This document shows positions 48,932 through 58,959 of a stretch of 64,000 nucleotides of DNA, in pieces. The notes under the pieces were generated by a model. It did no database searches and was not told the origin of the DNA. It saw only the letters and a list, made by a program, of their open reading frames with translations. The stretch covers positions 45,149-109,148 of the forward strand of contig JAFLUY010000006.1 in NCBI GenBank assembly GCA_022508565.1, in the 5' to 3' direction. How positions within the stretch are numbered: position 1 is the first letter of the stretch; each line of letters opens with the position of its first letter. A program made the position numbers and the translations under genes. The DNA is from Erysipelotrichales bacterium. GTDB taxonomy: Bacteria > Bacillota_I > Bacilli_A > RF39 > UBA660.

Positions 48932-49651
48932 ATGAGAGATTTACATAGTCATTTTTTACCTGGTGTTGATGATGGTGCTAAAGATATAGAAACTACTAGA
49001 AGAATGCTTAAGAAAGCACATGATAATGGAGTAACAGATATTATGTTTACGCCACACTATATGTTGGATAGTCGTTATGTTTCTCCTCGAGCTAATAATG
49101 AAAAAATATTTTCAGAAGTGAAAAAGATAGCTGATGAATATGGAATCAATGTATTCTTAGGAAATGAAGTTTATTGTAATGATCAAATAGTTGATTTATT
49201 AAAACGAAAAGAAATTAAAACTTTAAATGATTCAAAATATATTTTAATTGAGATTCCTCTTTATCAAAAAATCAACAATGCTAAATCGATATTTTTAGAG
49301 GTTAAATCAGCCGGATTAATCCCAATACTTGCTCATCCGGAAAGATATGCGTCATATTATGATGATTTAGATTTTTTCTTAGAATTAAGAAGTATGGGTG
49401 TCTTAATGCAAATTAATGCATCATCACTAGTTGGTGATTATGGCAAACATGCAAAAAAAATGGCAGTTAAATTATTAAAAGCTAATCTAATTAGTTTTGT
49501 AGGTAGTGATATGCATAGTGATAAAGAATCTAAATATGATTACTTACCAAAAATAGAAAAAAAATTAAAGAAAATTGTTGGTGAACATGATTTTATTGAA
49601 CTAACAGTTAATAATTTCGCAAGAGTAGTCAACAATGTTGAAATTGATTAA
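48932..49651 (+). CDS. PHP-family protein-tyrosine phosphatase (CpsB/YwqE-like)
   Basis: MRDLHSHFLPGVDDG N-terminus, internal metal-binding His/Asp residues. Confidence 0.85.
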   Translation: MRDLHSHFLPGVDDGAKDIETTRRMLKKAHDNGVTDIMFTPHYMLDSRYVSPRANNEKIFSEVKKIADEYGINVFLGNEVYCNDQIVDLLKRKEIKTLNDSKYILIEIPLYQKINNAKSIFLEVKSAGLIPILAHPERYASYYDDLDFFLELRSMGVLMQINASSLVGDYGKHAKKMAVKLLKANLISFVGSDMHSDKESKYDYLPKIEKKLKKIVGEHDFIELTVNNFARVVNNVEID

Positions 49652-49727
49652 AAAAAGTATTTTATTTTAGTTCTATACATGTTATAATGTATATAATTTA
49701 GGGGTATCGAAAAAGGAAGGTGTGCAT

Positions 49728-50405
49728 ATGATCGAAGAACTAGAATTGCTTTCTAATCCTAAATCTCGTGTAGTAGAAGCAGTTAAAACAGTTAGAACAA
49801 ACTTAGAGTTCTCAGCTGCAGATAGTAAAAATACTAAAATAATGCTTACAAGTACTATGCCAGGAGAAGGCAAAAGTTTTATTACAGCTTGTTTGGCACA
49901 AAGTTATGCTACAACTGGGAAAAAAGTTTTAATCATTGACTGCGACATGCGTCGTGGAAGACAATATGAAATTTTTGGTGTTTCAAATAATAAAGGATTA
50001 TCAAATATTTTAATTTCAGATTTAGACGGTGTTAAGATTGAAACAATCAAAACTAAATTAAAAGGAGTTTATCTTTTACCTGGAGGAACTGTACCTCCAA
50101 ACCCAAGTGAATTACTTGAAAGTAAAAAGATGCAAGATGTTATAACATTATTAGAAAAAGATTATGACATTTTATTATTTGATTGTCCTCCTGTTATTGG
50201 TTTATCAGACTCTTTAGTTGTTACTAAGTATGTTGATACTACTGTTGTTGTTTCGACATATAAAACTACACCTACTGATATGTTAAAGAAAAGTATTAAA
50301 TCACTTGAGGCAGTTAATGCAAAAATAGCCGGCGTAATATTTAATAAAGTTCCTACTTCAATGAAGGGTTACTATAGCAAATATTATGATGGTTACTATG
50401 AGTAG
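49728..50405 (+). CDS. BY-kinase cytoplasmic ATPase (CpsD/YwqD-like tyrosine-protein kinase)
   Basis: AAGGAAGGTG RBS. Walker A SVMPGEGKS-type (TMPGEGKSF), Walker A' and B, C-terminal tyrosine cluster YYSKYYDGYYE. Confidence 0.85.
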   Translation: MIEELELLSNPKSRVVEAVKTVRTNLEFSAADSKNTKIMLTSTMPGEGKSFITACLAQSYATTGKKVLIIDCDMRRGRQYEIFGVSNNKGLSNILISDLDGVKIETIKTKLKGVYLLPGGTVPPNPSELLESKKMQDVITLLEKDYDILLFDCPPVIGLSDSLVVTKYVDTTVVVSTYKTTPTDMLKKSIKSLEAVNAKIAGVIFNKVPTSMKGYYSKYYDGYYE

Positions 50406-50414
50406 GAGGTTAGT

Positions 50415-51464
50415 ATGGAAGAAATCGATATTGGACAATTACTTAATTATTTTAAGTCTAAGTTTATATTTATCATATTTGCCATGTCTATTGCGTTTTG
50501 TTTAGCAAGTATTTACGTTAATAGATTTAGAGTCCCAGATTATACTAGCTACACAACAATACTTTTAAATAAAACAAATGAAAGTGAAAGTATTAACGCA
50601 TCTGATTTATCATTAGGTAAATCACTAGTATCTACTTATGGTGAAATAATTAAGAGTAAAAAAGTTTTGAGAACAGTTATTAATAACTTATCTTTAGAAA
50701 CAGATTATGGTACTTTGATGTCAAAGATAAATGTTAGTTCTGTAACAGATACTTCTATTATTAAAATTTCTGTTACTGATCATGACTCAACAGAAGCAGC
50801 TAATATAGCAAATGAAATAGCAAGCGTTTTTGCAAAAGAAATTGTAGAAATTTATAATATTGAAAATATTAGTATAATTGACGTTGCAGAAGTATCTGAA
50901 GTTGCATCTTCAGCATCTACAATTAAAATTATTGGCATTGCAACTATTGCAGGAGCATTTATTGCTGTGGTTTTAATATTCGTTGCCTTCTATTTTGATA
51001 CAACAATTAAAAATGAAGAAGACATTGAAAGAATTACTGGACTTCCTGTTATTGGTATTGTTCCAATTAGTAGAGAAAAGATTAAAGGATCAGCTCATCG
51101 TAAATATTATGAGAATCAAGCTAAAAAGCATAAATCACAAGAAATACTTCCTGTTGAAAGAGAAGTTAGAAAACTTGAAGTTACTAATGCTGTTAAACCA
51201 GCTCCAGTAAGTGCAGAATCTAGCGCAGAAATAATACCAACAACAAAGAAGGCTGAAGAAACACCGACAAGAAGTAGCAGACATATTGATAATGAGGAAG
51301 AATTTGATACAACTGAAATTAGTATAACTAGAGTTTTAGATGAGGTTGTAAGTGTTCTTGAAGAAGAGGATAAATCTAGTGTTACTCCTAAAAAGAAAAA
51401 TTATAATGGTAACAATAGCAACGCAAAAAAAACTTATCCAAAAAGAAGTGGACCTAAAAAGTAA
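50415..51464 (+). CDS. Wzz/CpsC-like BY-kinase transmembrane modulator with an about 150-aa charged C-terminal extension
   Basis: AGGAGG RBS. TM1 near residue 15-35, periplasmic Wzz-like domain, TM2 near residue 170-195, then a long K/E/S-rich tail. Confidence 0.7.
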   Translation: MEEIDIGQLLNYFKSKFIFIIFAMSIAFCLASIYVNRFRVPDYTSYTTILLNKTNESESINASDLSLGKSLVSTYGEIIKSKKVLRTVINNLSLETDYGTLMSKINVSSVTDTSIIKISVTDHDSTEAANIANEIASVFAKEIVEIYNIENISIIDVAEVSEVASSASTIKIIGIATIAGAFIAVVLIFVAFYFDTTIKNEEDIERITGLPVIGIVPISREKIKGSAHRKYYENQAKKHKSQEILPVEREVRKLEVTNAVKPAPVSAESSAEIIPTTKKAEETPTRSSRHIDNEEEFDTTEISITRVLDEVVSVLEEEDKSSVTPKKKNYNGNNSNAKKTYPKRSGPKK

Positions 51465-51657
51465 AGTTTAAAGCTTTGCTTTTTTTATTTGAATTTTTGA
51501 TTTTTGTGTTTTTGACAAAAATACAGTTAAAAATGGTTAAAAATGACCAGTTTTAAGGAGTTTTTTGCATTTTTATATTGCTTTTTTCTTTAGTATTTGG
51601 TACATTTTATATGTAGGGAGAATGCCTACTAGAAAATAATTTTGGAGGTAAATTGTT

Positions 51658-51930
51658 ATGTCAAAAAAAGAATTAGTAGAAGCCGTTGCAGCTGAAGCTG
51701 GATTAAGTAATGCTGCTGCAGCAAAAGCAGTAGATGCTGTATTAAAAGGAATAGAAACAGGTCTTAAAAAAGACGGAAAAGTTGCATTAGTTGGTTTCGG
51801 AACTTTCTCATCTAAGAGAAGAGAAGGAAGAGAAGGAATTAATCCTTTAACTAAAGAACCAATGAAAATTCCTGCTAAAAATGTTGTTTCATTCAAAGCT
51901 GGAAGCAAATTAAAAGACGCTGTTAACTAA
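51658..51930 (+). CDS. hup: DNA-binding protein HU
   Basis: GGAGG RBS. MSKKELVEAVA...GFGTFSSKRREGREGINPLT HU signature. Confidence 0.95.
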   Translation: MSKKELVEAVAAEAGLSNAAAAKAVDAVLKGIETGLKKDGKVALVGFGTFSSKRREGREGINPLTKEPMKIPAKNVVSFKAGSKLKDAVN

Positions 51931-51940
51931 TAGCAGAAAA

Positions 51941-51968
51941 GGAACTCAATCTTGAGTTCTTTTTTTAT
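51941..51968 (+). terminator. intrinsic terminator after hup (GAACTCAA-TC-TTGAGTTC plus T-run)
   Basis: Perfect 8-bp stem followed by T7. Confidence 0.6.
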
Positions 51969-52000
51969 TTGATTTATAATTAAGATACTAGGGTGATGAT

Positions 52001-52993
52001 ATGACAAAACATAAAAGTTATAAATTAAAAAAGGGGCCTAAAATATTTTTAATCATGTTAGTTTGCCTTGCTATTATTGTTCCTTTTATTTATAAAAAAG
52101 TACAAGAATATTTATATAAACAAACTAATGAATATGCACTGTTACAACTTGGATATAAAGAAGATGATGTTAAAAATATACTTGATAAGCTAAGTGATGA
52201 AGAAGAGGATAATCTACTTACTTATGACTATAATGAATTTATTCCAATGTTTATTCAAGCAAAATATTTTATGTATAAGAACCTTGATGGTTATCTTGAC
52301 CAAGTAATAACACAAGAAGAAGATTTTTTTAAATACCATGGTACAGATGGTTATGATTATGATGAAATTGTTGCTATAGTTAATACACATGCTGATCGAA
52401 ACTTTTATACCGACACATATAAAACAGACTTTTCTAAAGGATATGGGATTCTTTGTAATAAATTTTATGAACTTGGAAGTGATTATGAACCTGATGATTT
52501 GGTAGATATTTCAATCAAATATTATTATGGTGGACCAAAAAAGATTAGAAGTGAAGTATATGAAGCATTTAAAAATATGTGGAGTGCTGCTTATGATGAA
52601 GGAATCTATTTAATCATTGATTCTGCTTATCGTGACTATGACTCTCAAGTTAGAGTATATAAGGAAAAAGAAGATTATCGTGGAATATCTTATGCTGATG
52701 GAATAGCTGCTAGACCAGGATTTTCAGAGCACCAAACAGGCTTATCTTTAGATATATATTCCAAAGATAATACTGTATCAGAAAGTTTTAAAAATTCTAA
52801 AGCTTACTCATGGTTAACAGAAAATGCTCATAAGTATGGTTTTATTTTAAGATATCCTGATGGAAAAAAGAAAATTACTGGATTTAACTATGAATCATGG
52901 CATTATAGATACTTAGGTGTTGATTTGGCTACTAAAGTCTATAATGAGGGAATTACTTTTGATGAATATTATGCTTTTTATCTAGATAACTAA
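52001..52993 (+). CDS. VanY-like D-alanyl-D-alanine carboxypeptidase (peptidase M15B) with an N-terminal TM anchor
   Basis: GFSEHQTGLSLDI and SWHYRY motifs typical of M15 zinc peptidases. Confidence 0.7.
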   Translation: MTKHKSYKLKKGPKIFLIMLVCLAIIVPFIYKKVQEYLYKQTNEYALLQLGYKEDDVKNILDKLSDEEEDNLLTYDYNEFIPMFIQAKYFMYKNLDGYLDQVITQEEDFFKYHGTDGYDYDEIVAIVNTHADRNFYTDTYKTDFSKGYGILCNKFYELGSDYEPDDLVDISIKYYYGGPKKIRSEVYEAFKNMWSAAYDEGIYLIIDSAYRDYDSQVRVYKEKEDYRGISYADGIAARPGFSEHQTGLSLDIYSKDNTVSESFKNSKAYSWLTENAHKYGFILRYPDGKKKITGFNYESWHYRYLGVDLATKVYNEGITFDEYYAFYLDN

Positions 52994-53049
52994 TTTGACC
53001 AAATATAGCTAATATGCTATAATACCCAACAAAAAAGTGGGGGATAATT

Positions 53050-53904
53050 ATGCATGCTATAGATAAATTTCATAAAATATTTCCGTATCTAGTTGCACTT
53101 ATCATTACTGGTGGAGGTATTGCTGCTGCAACTAAGGCTGATTCAGAAGATCGAGCAATTGAAGCATATGAAAAAGCAGTTGATGTAGGTCGTGAAAACT
53201 ATCCTGAGTTATATTCAAATTATGAAACTTATGTAAATAATATTGCAACAGAAATAAAATTGGTTTCTAGTGAAAGAAACATTTTAAAGGATTTTGCAAT
53301 TTATAATACACTTTTAAAAAATGGTTATATTTCATTAGGAGATTTTAATCCAGAAGAGGCCCAAATTGAACTTAAAGGTTTGCTAGGAGCCAATATTGCT
53401 ACTGGAGAAGGTGTATGTCGTAACACATCTGTTAACTTATGTGATGTTTTTAGTGCTTTAGGTTATGAAACCAAAGTTGTTGGTGGTAAATTTTATGATG
53501 AAGGCGAAGATGAACCTTCACGCAACAATCATGCTGTAGCTTATGTTAGTGATGGCAAAGAAAGTTATATGCTCGATGCAACTAATGAAACTATCATATT
53601 AAGAAAAGGATATATGGAGTATTATACTATTACCTCACAAGAAGATAATTATAAAATCTTTAAACCGGATACTCACTATTTCAGTAATGCATTAGGAGAA
53701 GTTGATAGTACTCAGTTGCTAGGAGATTTTAAAAATAAATTTAATAATCATTGGAAAATATTGAAAGAATATCAAGAATATGAGGCTGCCGCTGAAGAAT
53801 ATATGGTATTTTATATTGCTTTTGAAACAAATGAATTATATTCCTATGAAAAAGCAATTGATGAATGTTATGATGAAATTGCAAAGGAATATGGTTTAAA
53901 ATAG
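53050..53904 (+). CDS. membrane-anchored transglutaminase-like (Cys-His-Asp) domain protein
   Basis: GEGVCRNTSVNLCDVFSALGYETKVVGG...NHAVAYV fits the transglutaminase-like core pattern. Confidence 0.5.
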   Translation: MHAIDKFHKIFPYLVALIITGGGIAAATKADSEDRAIEAYEKAVDVGRENYPELYSNYETYVNNIATEIKLVSSERNILKDFAIYNTLLKNGYISLGDFNPEEAQIELKGLLGANIATGEGVCRNTSVNLCDVFSALGYETKVVGGKFYDEGEDEPSRNNHAVAYVSDGKESYMLDATNETIILRKGYMEYYTITSQEDNYKIFKPDTHYFSNALGEVDSTQLLGDFKNKFNNHWKILKEYQEYEAAAEEYMVFYIAFETNELYSYEKAIDECYDEIAKEYGLK

Positions 53905-54006
53905 AAGTGTAAACTTCTATTTTTCTTTTGGCCTTTACACTTGATTTATATATTTCATTATATTATGTGTAAAAGTATTATATAATTATATAAAGAGGTG
54001 AGATGC

Positions 54007-55086
54007 ATGCGAGTAATTATTACAGCTGGTGGAACTGGAGGACATATTTACCCAGCATTAGCAATTTTAGATAAAATAAAAGAATTAGAACCTAAAAGTG
54101 AATTTTTATATATAGGTACGCATAATAGAATGGAAAAAGATATTGTGCCTGCTAGAGGTATTAAATATATTCCATTGGAAATATACGGGTTATCAACAAG
54201 TCTTAAACTTATGGGAAGAAACGTTAAGAATGTATTTCTAATTCAAAAAGCTTATAAAAAATGTGTAAGCATTATTAAAGATTTTAAACCTGATATAGTT
54301 ATTGGTGTTGGTGGATATGTTACATATCCCGTAATAAAAGCAGCACATAAATGTGGTGTTAAAGTGTTTATACATGAGCAAAATAGTATTCCAGGAAAAG
54401 CAAATAAGAGTTTACTTAAGTGGACTGATATTGTTGGCGTAAGTTTTGAAGATTCAAAAAAATATTTAAATCACAAGAATATTGTATTAACTGGTAATCC
54501 AGTTTCTGAGGGCGCTTTAAATAATAAGAAAATAGAAAAAACTAGATATGGTCTATCAAAAAATAAAAAGGCTGTATTAATATTTAATGGTTCTCTTGGT
54601 AGTAAATCAATTAACGATAAAATGATTGAATATCTTAAAGATGCAGATAAGTATAATTATGAAATATTATACATAACGGGAAAACCTTATTATGAAGAAT
54701 TTAAAAATAATAAATTCCCTAAAAATGTATTTATTGAACCTTATGTTGACGGATTAAGTGGACTGATGCAAGATATTGATTTAATCGTATCTCGTGCAGG
54801 GGCATCATCAATAGCTGAAATAACTGCTTTAGGGCTTCCTGCAATATTCATTCCAAGTCCCTATGTAGCAAATAATCATCAGTATTACAACGCTTTATCA
54901 ATAAAAGATGCAAATGCTGGTGACATGATTGAGGAACACGATTTAAACAAAGATATCTTAGCTAGTAAAATTGATGAAATAATTAATAATGATAAACGTA
55001 AATCAGAAATAAAGAAAAATTTAAACAAATTAAGTATAAATGATTCAGCAACTATAATTTATAATGAGATAAAGAAAATAATATAA
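54007..55086 (+). CDS. murG: UDP-N-acetylglucosamine:lipid I N-acetylglucosaminyltransferase
   Basis: AGAGGTGA RBS. MRVIITAGGTGGHIYPALAI N-terminal G-loop. Confidence 0.9.
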   Translation: MRVIITAGGTGGHIYPALAILDKIKELEPKSEFLYIGTHNRMEKDIVPARGIKYIPLEIYGLSTSLKLMGRNVKNVFLIQKAYKKCVSIIKDFKPDIVIGVGGYVTYPVIKAAHKCGVKVFIHEQNSIPGKANKSLLKWTDIVGVSFEDSKKYLNHKNIVLTGNPVSEGALNNKKIEKTRYGLSKNKKAVLIFNGSLGSKSINDKMIEYLKDADKYNYEILYITGKPYYEEFKNNKFPKNVFIEPYVDGLSGLMQDIDLIVSRAGASSIAEITALGLPAIFIPSPYVANNHQYYNALSIKDANAGDMIEEHDLNKDILASKIDEIINNDKRKSEIKKNLNKLSINDSATIIYNEIKKII

Positions 55087-55099
55087 AAGGAGAAAGGCT

Positions 55100-55867
55100 A
55101 TGGAGACTAGAGAAAGTAAAAATTATAATGTAAAAAAAGTACATAAAAAAAGACTTAATATTGCTAGAGCTCTAGTTGTAGTCTTGATTATTTATATTAT
55201 TGTCTGTCTTTCAATATCAATTTATAATGAACCTGTGAAACACTATAGTATTAATGGTAATAAAGTTTTATCAGAGGTTGATATTATTAAATATTTATCT
55301 TTAGAAAATTATCCTTCATTCGTTTCAATAAATGCTAAACATTTGGAGAAAAAACTTGAAGAAAACCCTTATATAAGTGAGGCAACTATTAAATATAAAT
55401 GGAATTATACTCTAGAAATAACTGTTGAAGAGAATAGACCAGTGTTTTTAGTTAAACTTGAGGACAAAGTGTGTTTAAGCGATGGATCTTTAATTGATGT
55501 TGATAATACCAATTTAATTGGTATACCAACACTTTTAAATACAACTCCTTCATCAATGATGGAAATGTTAGCTAAAAATTTAGGTAAACTTGATGATGGA
55601 ATTATATATATGATTAATGATATTGAATATAAACCATCATATAATAAAAATAATCAAATAATTGATGAATATCGTTTCTTGCTTTCGATGAATGATAAGA
55701 ATATGGTTTATATTAATGCCAAACATTTAAAGTCATTAAATAAATATTTAGATATTATTGCAACTAATAAAATAACAAGTAATGGTACGCTATATTTAGA
55801 TGGTACAGAAGATAATTATTTCTTTAAAAAATATGAAGCAATAACTGAGGTAAGCAATGAAAACTAA
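55100..55867 (+). CDS. divIB: cell division protein DivIB/FtsQ (POTRA domain)
   Basis: N-terminal cytoplasmic tail, TM helix, POTRA-like region (INGNKVLSEVDIIKYL...ISEATIKYKWNYTLEITVEENRPVF). Confidence 0.7.
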   Translation: METRESKNYNVKKVHKKRLNIARALVVVLIIYIIVCLSISIYNEPVKHYSINGNKVLSEVDIIKYLSLENYPSFVSINAKHLEKKLEENPYISEATIKYKWNYTLEITVEENRPVFLVKLEDKVCLSDGSLIDVDNTNLIGIPTLLNTTPSSMMEMLAKNLGKLDDGIIYMINDIEYKPSYNKNNQIIDEYRFLLSMNDKNMVYINAKHLKSLNKYLDIIATNKITSNGTLYLDGTEDNYFFKKYEAITEVSNEN

Positions 55868-56459
55868 TTATGATAATAAAATGATGGAAATTATAAATAG
55901 TCTTGATTCTAAAAAGACACTTTTATTACATAGTTGTTGTGGACCTTGTTCATCAGCTTGTATTGAACGTTTAAAAGACTATTTTGATATAACAGTTGTA
56001 TATTATAATCCAAATATTGAACCAAAAGATGAATATGAGCATAGAAAAAGCGAACAAATTCGCTTACTAAATGAATGGTCAATTAAGTATATAGATTCAG
56101 ATTATGAAAATGATTTATATAAAAGGTTAACTAAAGATTTAGCCTTGGAAAAAGAAGGCGGGATTCGTTGTAGTGTTTGTTTTGGTATTCGCTTAAAATA
56201 TACAGCTAAAAAAGCATTAGAAAATGGTTTTGACTATTTTACAACGACATTAACTGTATCTCCTCATAAAAATAGTGAGCTTATTAATAAAATTGGTGGA
56301 TCTATTGGAGAATCTTTAGGAATAAAATATTTATATTCTGATTTTAAGAAAAAGGAAGGATATAAAAGGAGTATTGAACTAGCAAACACTTATAATTTAT
56401 ATAGGCAAAATTATTGTGGTTGTTTATATAGTAAGGAAGGAAATATTTATGAAGAATAA
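55857..56459 (+). CDS. queH: epoxyqueuosine reductase QueH (DUF208)
   Basis: LLLHSCCGPCSSACIERL Cys motif and a C-terminal CGC motif. Confidence 0.8.
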   Translation: MKTNYDNKMMEIINSLDSKKTLLLHSCCGPCSSACIERLKDYFDITVVYYNPNIEPKDEYEHRKSEQIRLLNEWSIKYIDSDYENDLYKRLTKDLALEKEGGIRCSVCFGIRLKYTAKKALENGFDYFTTTLTVSPHKNSELINKIGGSIGESLGIKYLYSDFKKKEGYKRSIELANTYNLYRQNYCGCLYSKEGNIYEE

Positions 56460-56958
56460 GGGATTTACATTAGTTGAGTTACTTGCGGTAATTAGTATAA
56501 TGGGAGTAGTAATGGTTTTATTTTTACCAACAATGTTAGCGGCTCTACGTAATGGTAAAAACCTTCTTAAAAAGTATGATTTAGAAGGTGTAGAAGATGC
56601 TGGTAAGATGTATGCAGCTGATTTAGACAATGGAGTTATAACTTATACTTATACGGGCGATGAAGATATAGAAGTTAATGGCAAAATAATAAAACCTAAT
56701 ACAGAATTAAAGGGTTATGATTTGAAAGTTTACTTAATTGAAAAAGGGCCGATTGAGGTAACTATGGAAACATTGGTTGCCGGTGATTATTACGATAAAA
56801 ATTGTAAGTATGCAACAAATCCTGGTGAAAAGGATAAAAACTGTCATTTACCTAAAACATGTACACTATCTATTGGACTTGAACATACTTTAAGTAAAGA
56901 TGGATTATATTATGTAACCACAGGGTATACTTCTAAAATTGTAAGAGGATGTGAATAA
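56449..56958 (+). CDS. type IV pilin / pseudopilin (prepilin-type N-terminal methylation domain), orphan
   Basis: AAGGAAGG RBS. MKNKGFTLVELLAVISIMGVV class III signal (G/FTLVE). C-terminal Cys pairs. Confidence 0.75.
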   Translation: MKNKGFTLVELLAVISIMGVVMVLFLPTMLAALRNGKNLLKKYDLEGVEDAGKMYAADLDNGVITYTYTGDEDIEVNGKIIKPNTELKGYDLKVYLIEKGPIEVTMETLVAGDYYDKNCKYATNPGEKDKNCHLPKTCTLSIGLEHTLSKDGLYYVTTGYTSKIVRGCE

Positions 56959-57021
56959 ACGATTTAATCGTTTATTTTTTTTTGTGTATAAGATATAATA
57001 TAATAGTTAGAAGGAATAAAT

Positions 57022-58959
57022 ATGAAACTAAATTATGCGAAATTATTAATCATTAATTATCTATTTATAATGTGTTTAGAATTATTATTCAAATTACTTG
57101 TAATTAAAACATATGATATAGGAATATTCTATATTTGTATTAATTCTTTTGCCATAGCAAATGTAATTACTTTCTTGACATATTTATTTAAAAATAATGT
57201 AGTTAATAAAATTGTAAGTCTAATTATATATACAACAGTCACATTGATTTATGCAGCAGAAATAGTTTATTTTAGTTTTTATAAAACTATTTGTGGAATA
57301 TCCGCGCTTCTTTATGGCACTCAAGTAATGGAGTTTTATACAGCAATTCTTGAGCATATTAAAAACAATATTTTGTTATTAATTGATATTTTTATCTTAT
57401 TATTAATAATTTATGTAATTATATTTGTTTCAAAAAAAACTTATTATAAAAATAATTTTAAAGATGCATTTGCATTACTTATAGTTTCCTTTATTTTTTG
57501 TATTAGTTCCTTAGAACTTAATATTACCAATAACGAAAATATTCGTGATTTAGTTTATAATAAAAATGATCTAATGCAGTCTACTAATAACTTAGGTATA
57601 TTATCTTCTGTATCTATGGATGCTTTCAAACTTGTTGGTGGTTTTGAAGAAAATATTGAGTTTGACTCAGTAATTGAATTTACTAAAGATGATAATGTTG
57701 AATACAATATGGTTAACATTGATTTTGATGCGTTGATAAGCTCTGAAAAAGATTCCGTAATTAATGGTATGCATAATTATTTTAAGTCTGAAGAACCTAC
57801 TAATAAAAATGAATATACTGGTATATTTGCAGGTAAGAATTTAATTTTTATTGTAGCTGAAGGATTTTACCCAATTGCTGTTTCTGAAGAATTAACGCCA
57901 ACTTTATATAAATTAACAAATTCAAGTTTTGTTTTTGAAAATTATTATCAACCAATTTATAATTGTTCAACATCTGATGGAGAGTTTATTAATCAGTTAT
58001 CTATTTTACCTGGTGTTGCAACTTGTTCAATGAAAGAAACTATTGGCAAATATTATCCTTATAATGTAGGAGAGATACTTCCAAATTATGGTTATAAAGC
58101 TAATGCTTTTCATGGATGGACATATAACTATTATTCAAGAGATAAAGTGCTACCAAATTTAGGTTATACTTATTATGGATATGATAGATATAAAAGGGGA
58201 TATAAATATGCTTTAAAAGGCATTAAAGACTCGTGGCCAACAAGCGATATTGATGTAATAAATAGCAGTTATGATATTTATTCACAAGAAGAGCGTTTTG
58301 TAACTTATTATATGAGTATAAGTGGTCACTTGGAATATAACTTTAATGGTGGAAATGCAATTGCTAAGAAAAATAAAGAAGAAGTTAAATCAGTGAATGC
58401 AAAAAATTCAATTAAAGCTTATATAGCTACTCAAATAGAATTTGATAAATCATTAGAATTATTACTGGCAAAATTGGAAAGTGATGGTATACTAGATGAT
58501 ACAGTCATTGTTATATCTCCAGATCATTACCCATATGGTTTATCTACATCGGATATTAAATCATATGTTGATTTTGTAGATAATGAAAACTTTGATTTAT
58601 ATAAAAATAATTTAATTATCTACAATAGTGAACTAAAAACAACAAATGTTTCTAAGTATACATCATCACTTGATTTATTACCAACATTATTAAATTTATT
58701 TGGAGTTGAATATGATTCTCGTTTACTAATTGGTAAAGATATATTTTCATCTTCTGAGGATTTAGTAATATTTAACAATAAGTCATGGATTACGAGTGTT
58801 GGAAGGTATGACTACTTAAAAAAGAAGTTTGAAAACTTTACAGATGAGGAAGTGCCTCAAAGTTATATTGATGAGACAAATAAAATAGTTGATATGAAAT
58901 TCCAAATAAGTAAATTACTTATATCTAAAGATTATTATAGAAAATTAGGAGGTTTATAA
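57022..58959 (+). CDS. LtaS-family sulfatase-fold membrane protein (lipoteichoic acid synthase / phosphoglycerol transferase-like)
   Basis: Five N-terminal TM helices, then a sulfatase-type domain. Confidence 0.75.
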   Translation: MKLNYAKLLIINYLFIMCLELLFKLLVIKTYDIGIFYICINSFAIANVITFLTYLFKNNVVNKIVSLIIYTTVTLIYAAEIVYFSFYKTICGISALLYGTQVMEFYTAILEHIKNNILLLIDIFILLLIIYVIIFVSKKTYYKNNFKDAFALLIVSFIFCISSLELNITNNENIRDLVYNKNDLMQSTNNLGILSSVSMDAFKLVGGFEENIEFDSVIEFTKDDNVEYNMVNIDFDALISSEKDSVINGMHNYFKSEEPTNKNEYTGIFAGKNLIFIVAEGFYPIAVSEELTPTLYKLTNSSFVFENYYQPIYNCSTSDGEFINQLSILPGVATCSMKETIGKYYPYNVGEILPNYGYKANAFHGWTYNYYSRDKVLPNLGYTYYGYDRYKRGYKYALKGIKDSWPTSDIDVINSSYDIYSQEERFVTYYMSISGHLEYNFNGGNAIAKKNKEEVKSVNAKNSIKAYIATQIEFDKSLELLLAKLESDGILDDTVIVISPDHYPYGLSTSDIKSYVDFVDNENFDLYKNNLIIYNSELKTTNVSKYTSSLDLLPTLLNLFGVEYDSRLLIGKDIFSSSEDLVIFNNKSWITSVGRYDYLKKKFENFTDEEVPQSYIDETNKIVDMKFQISKLLISKDYYRKLGGL

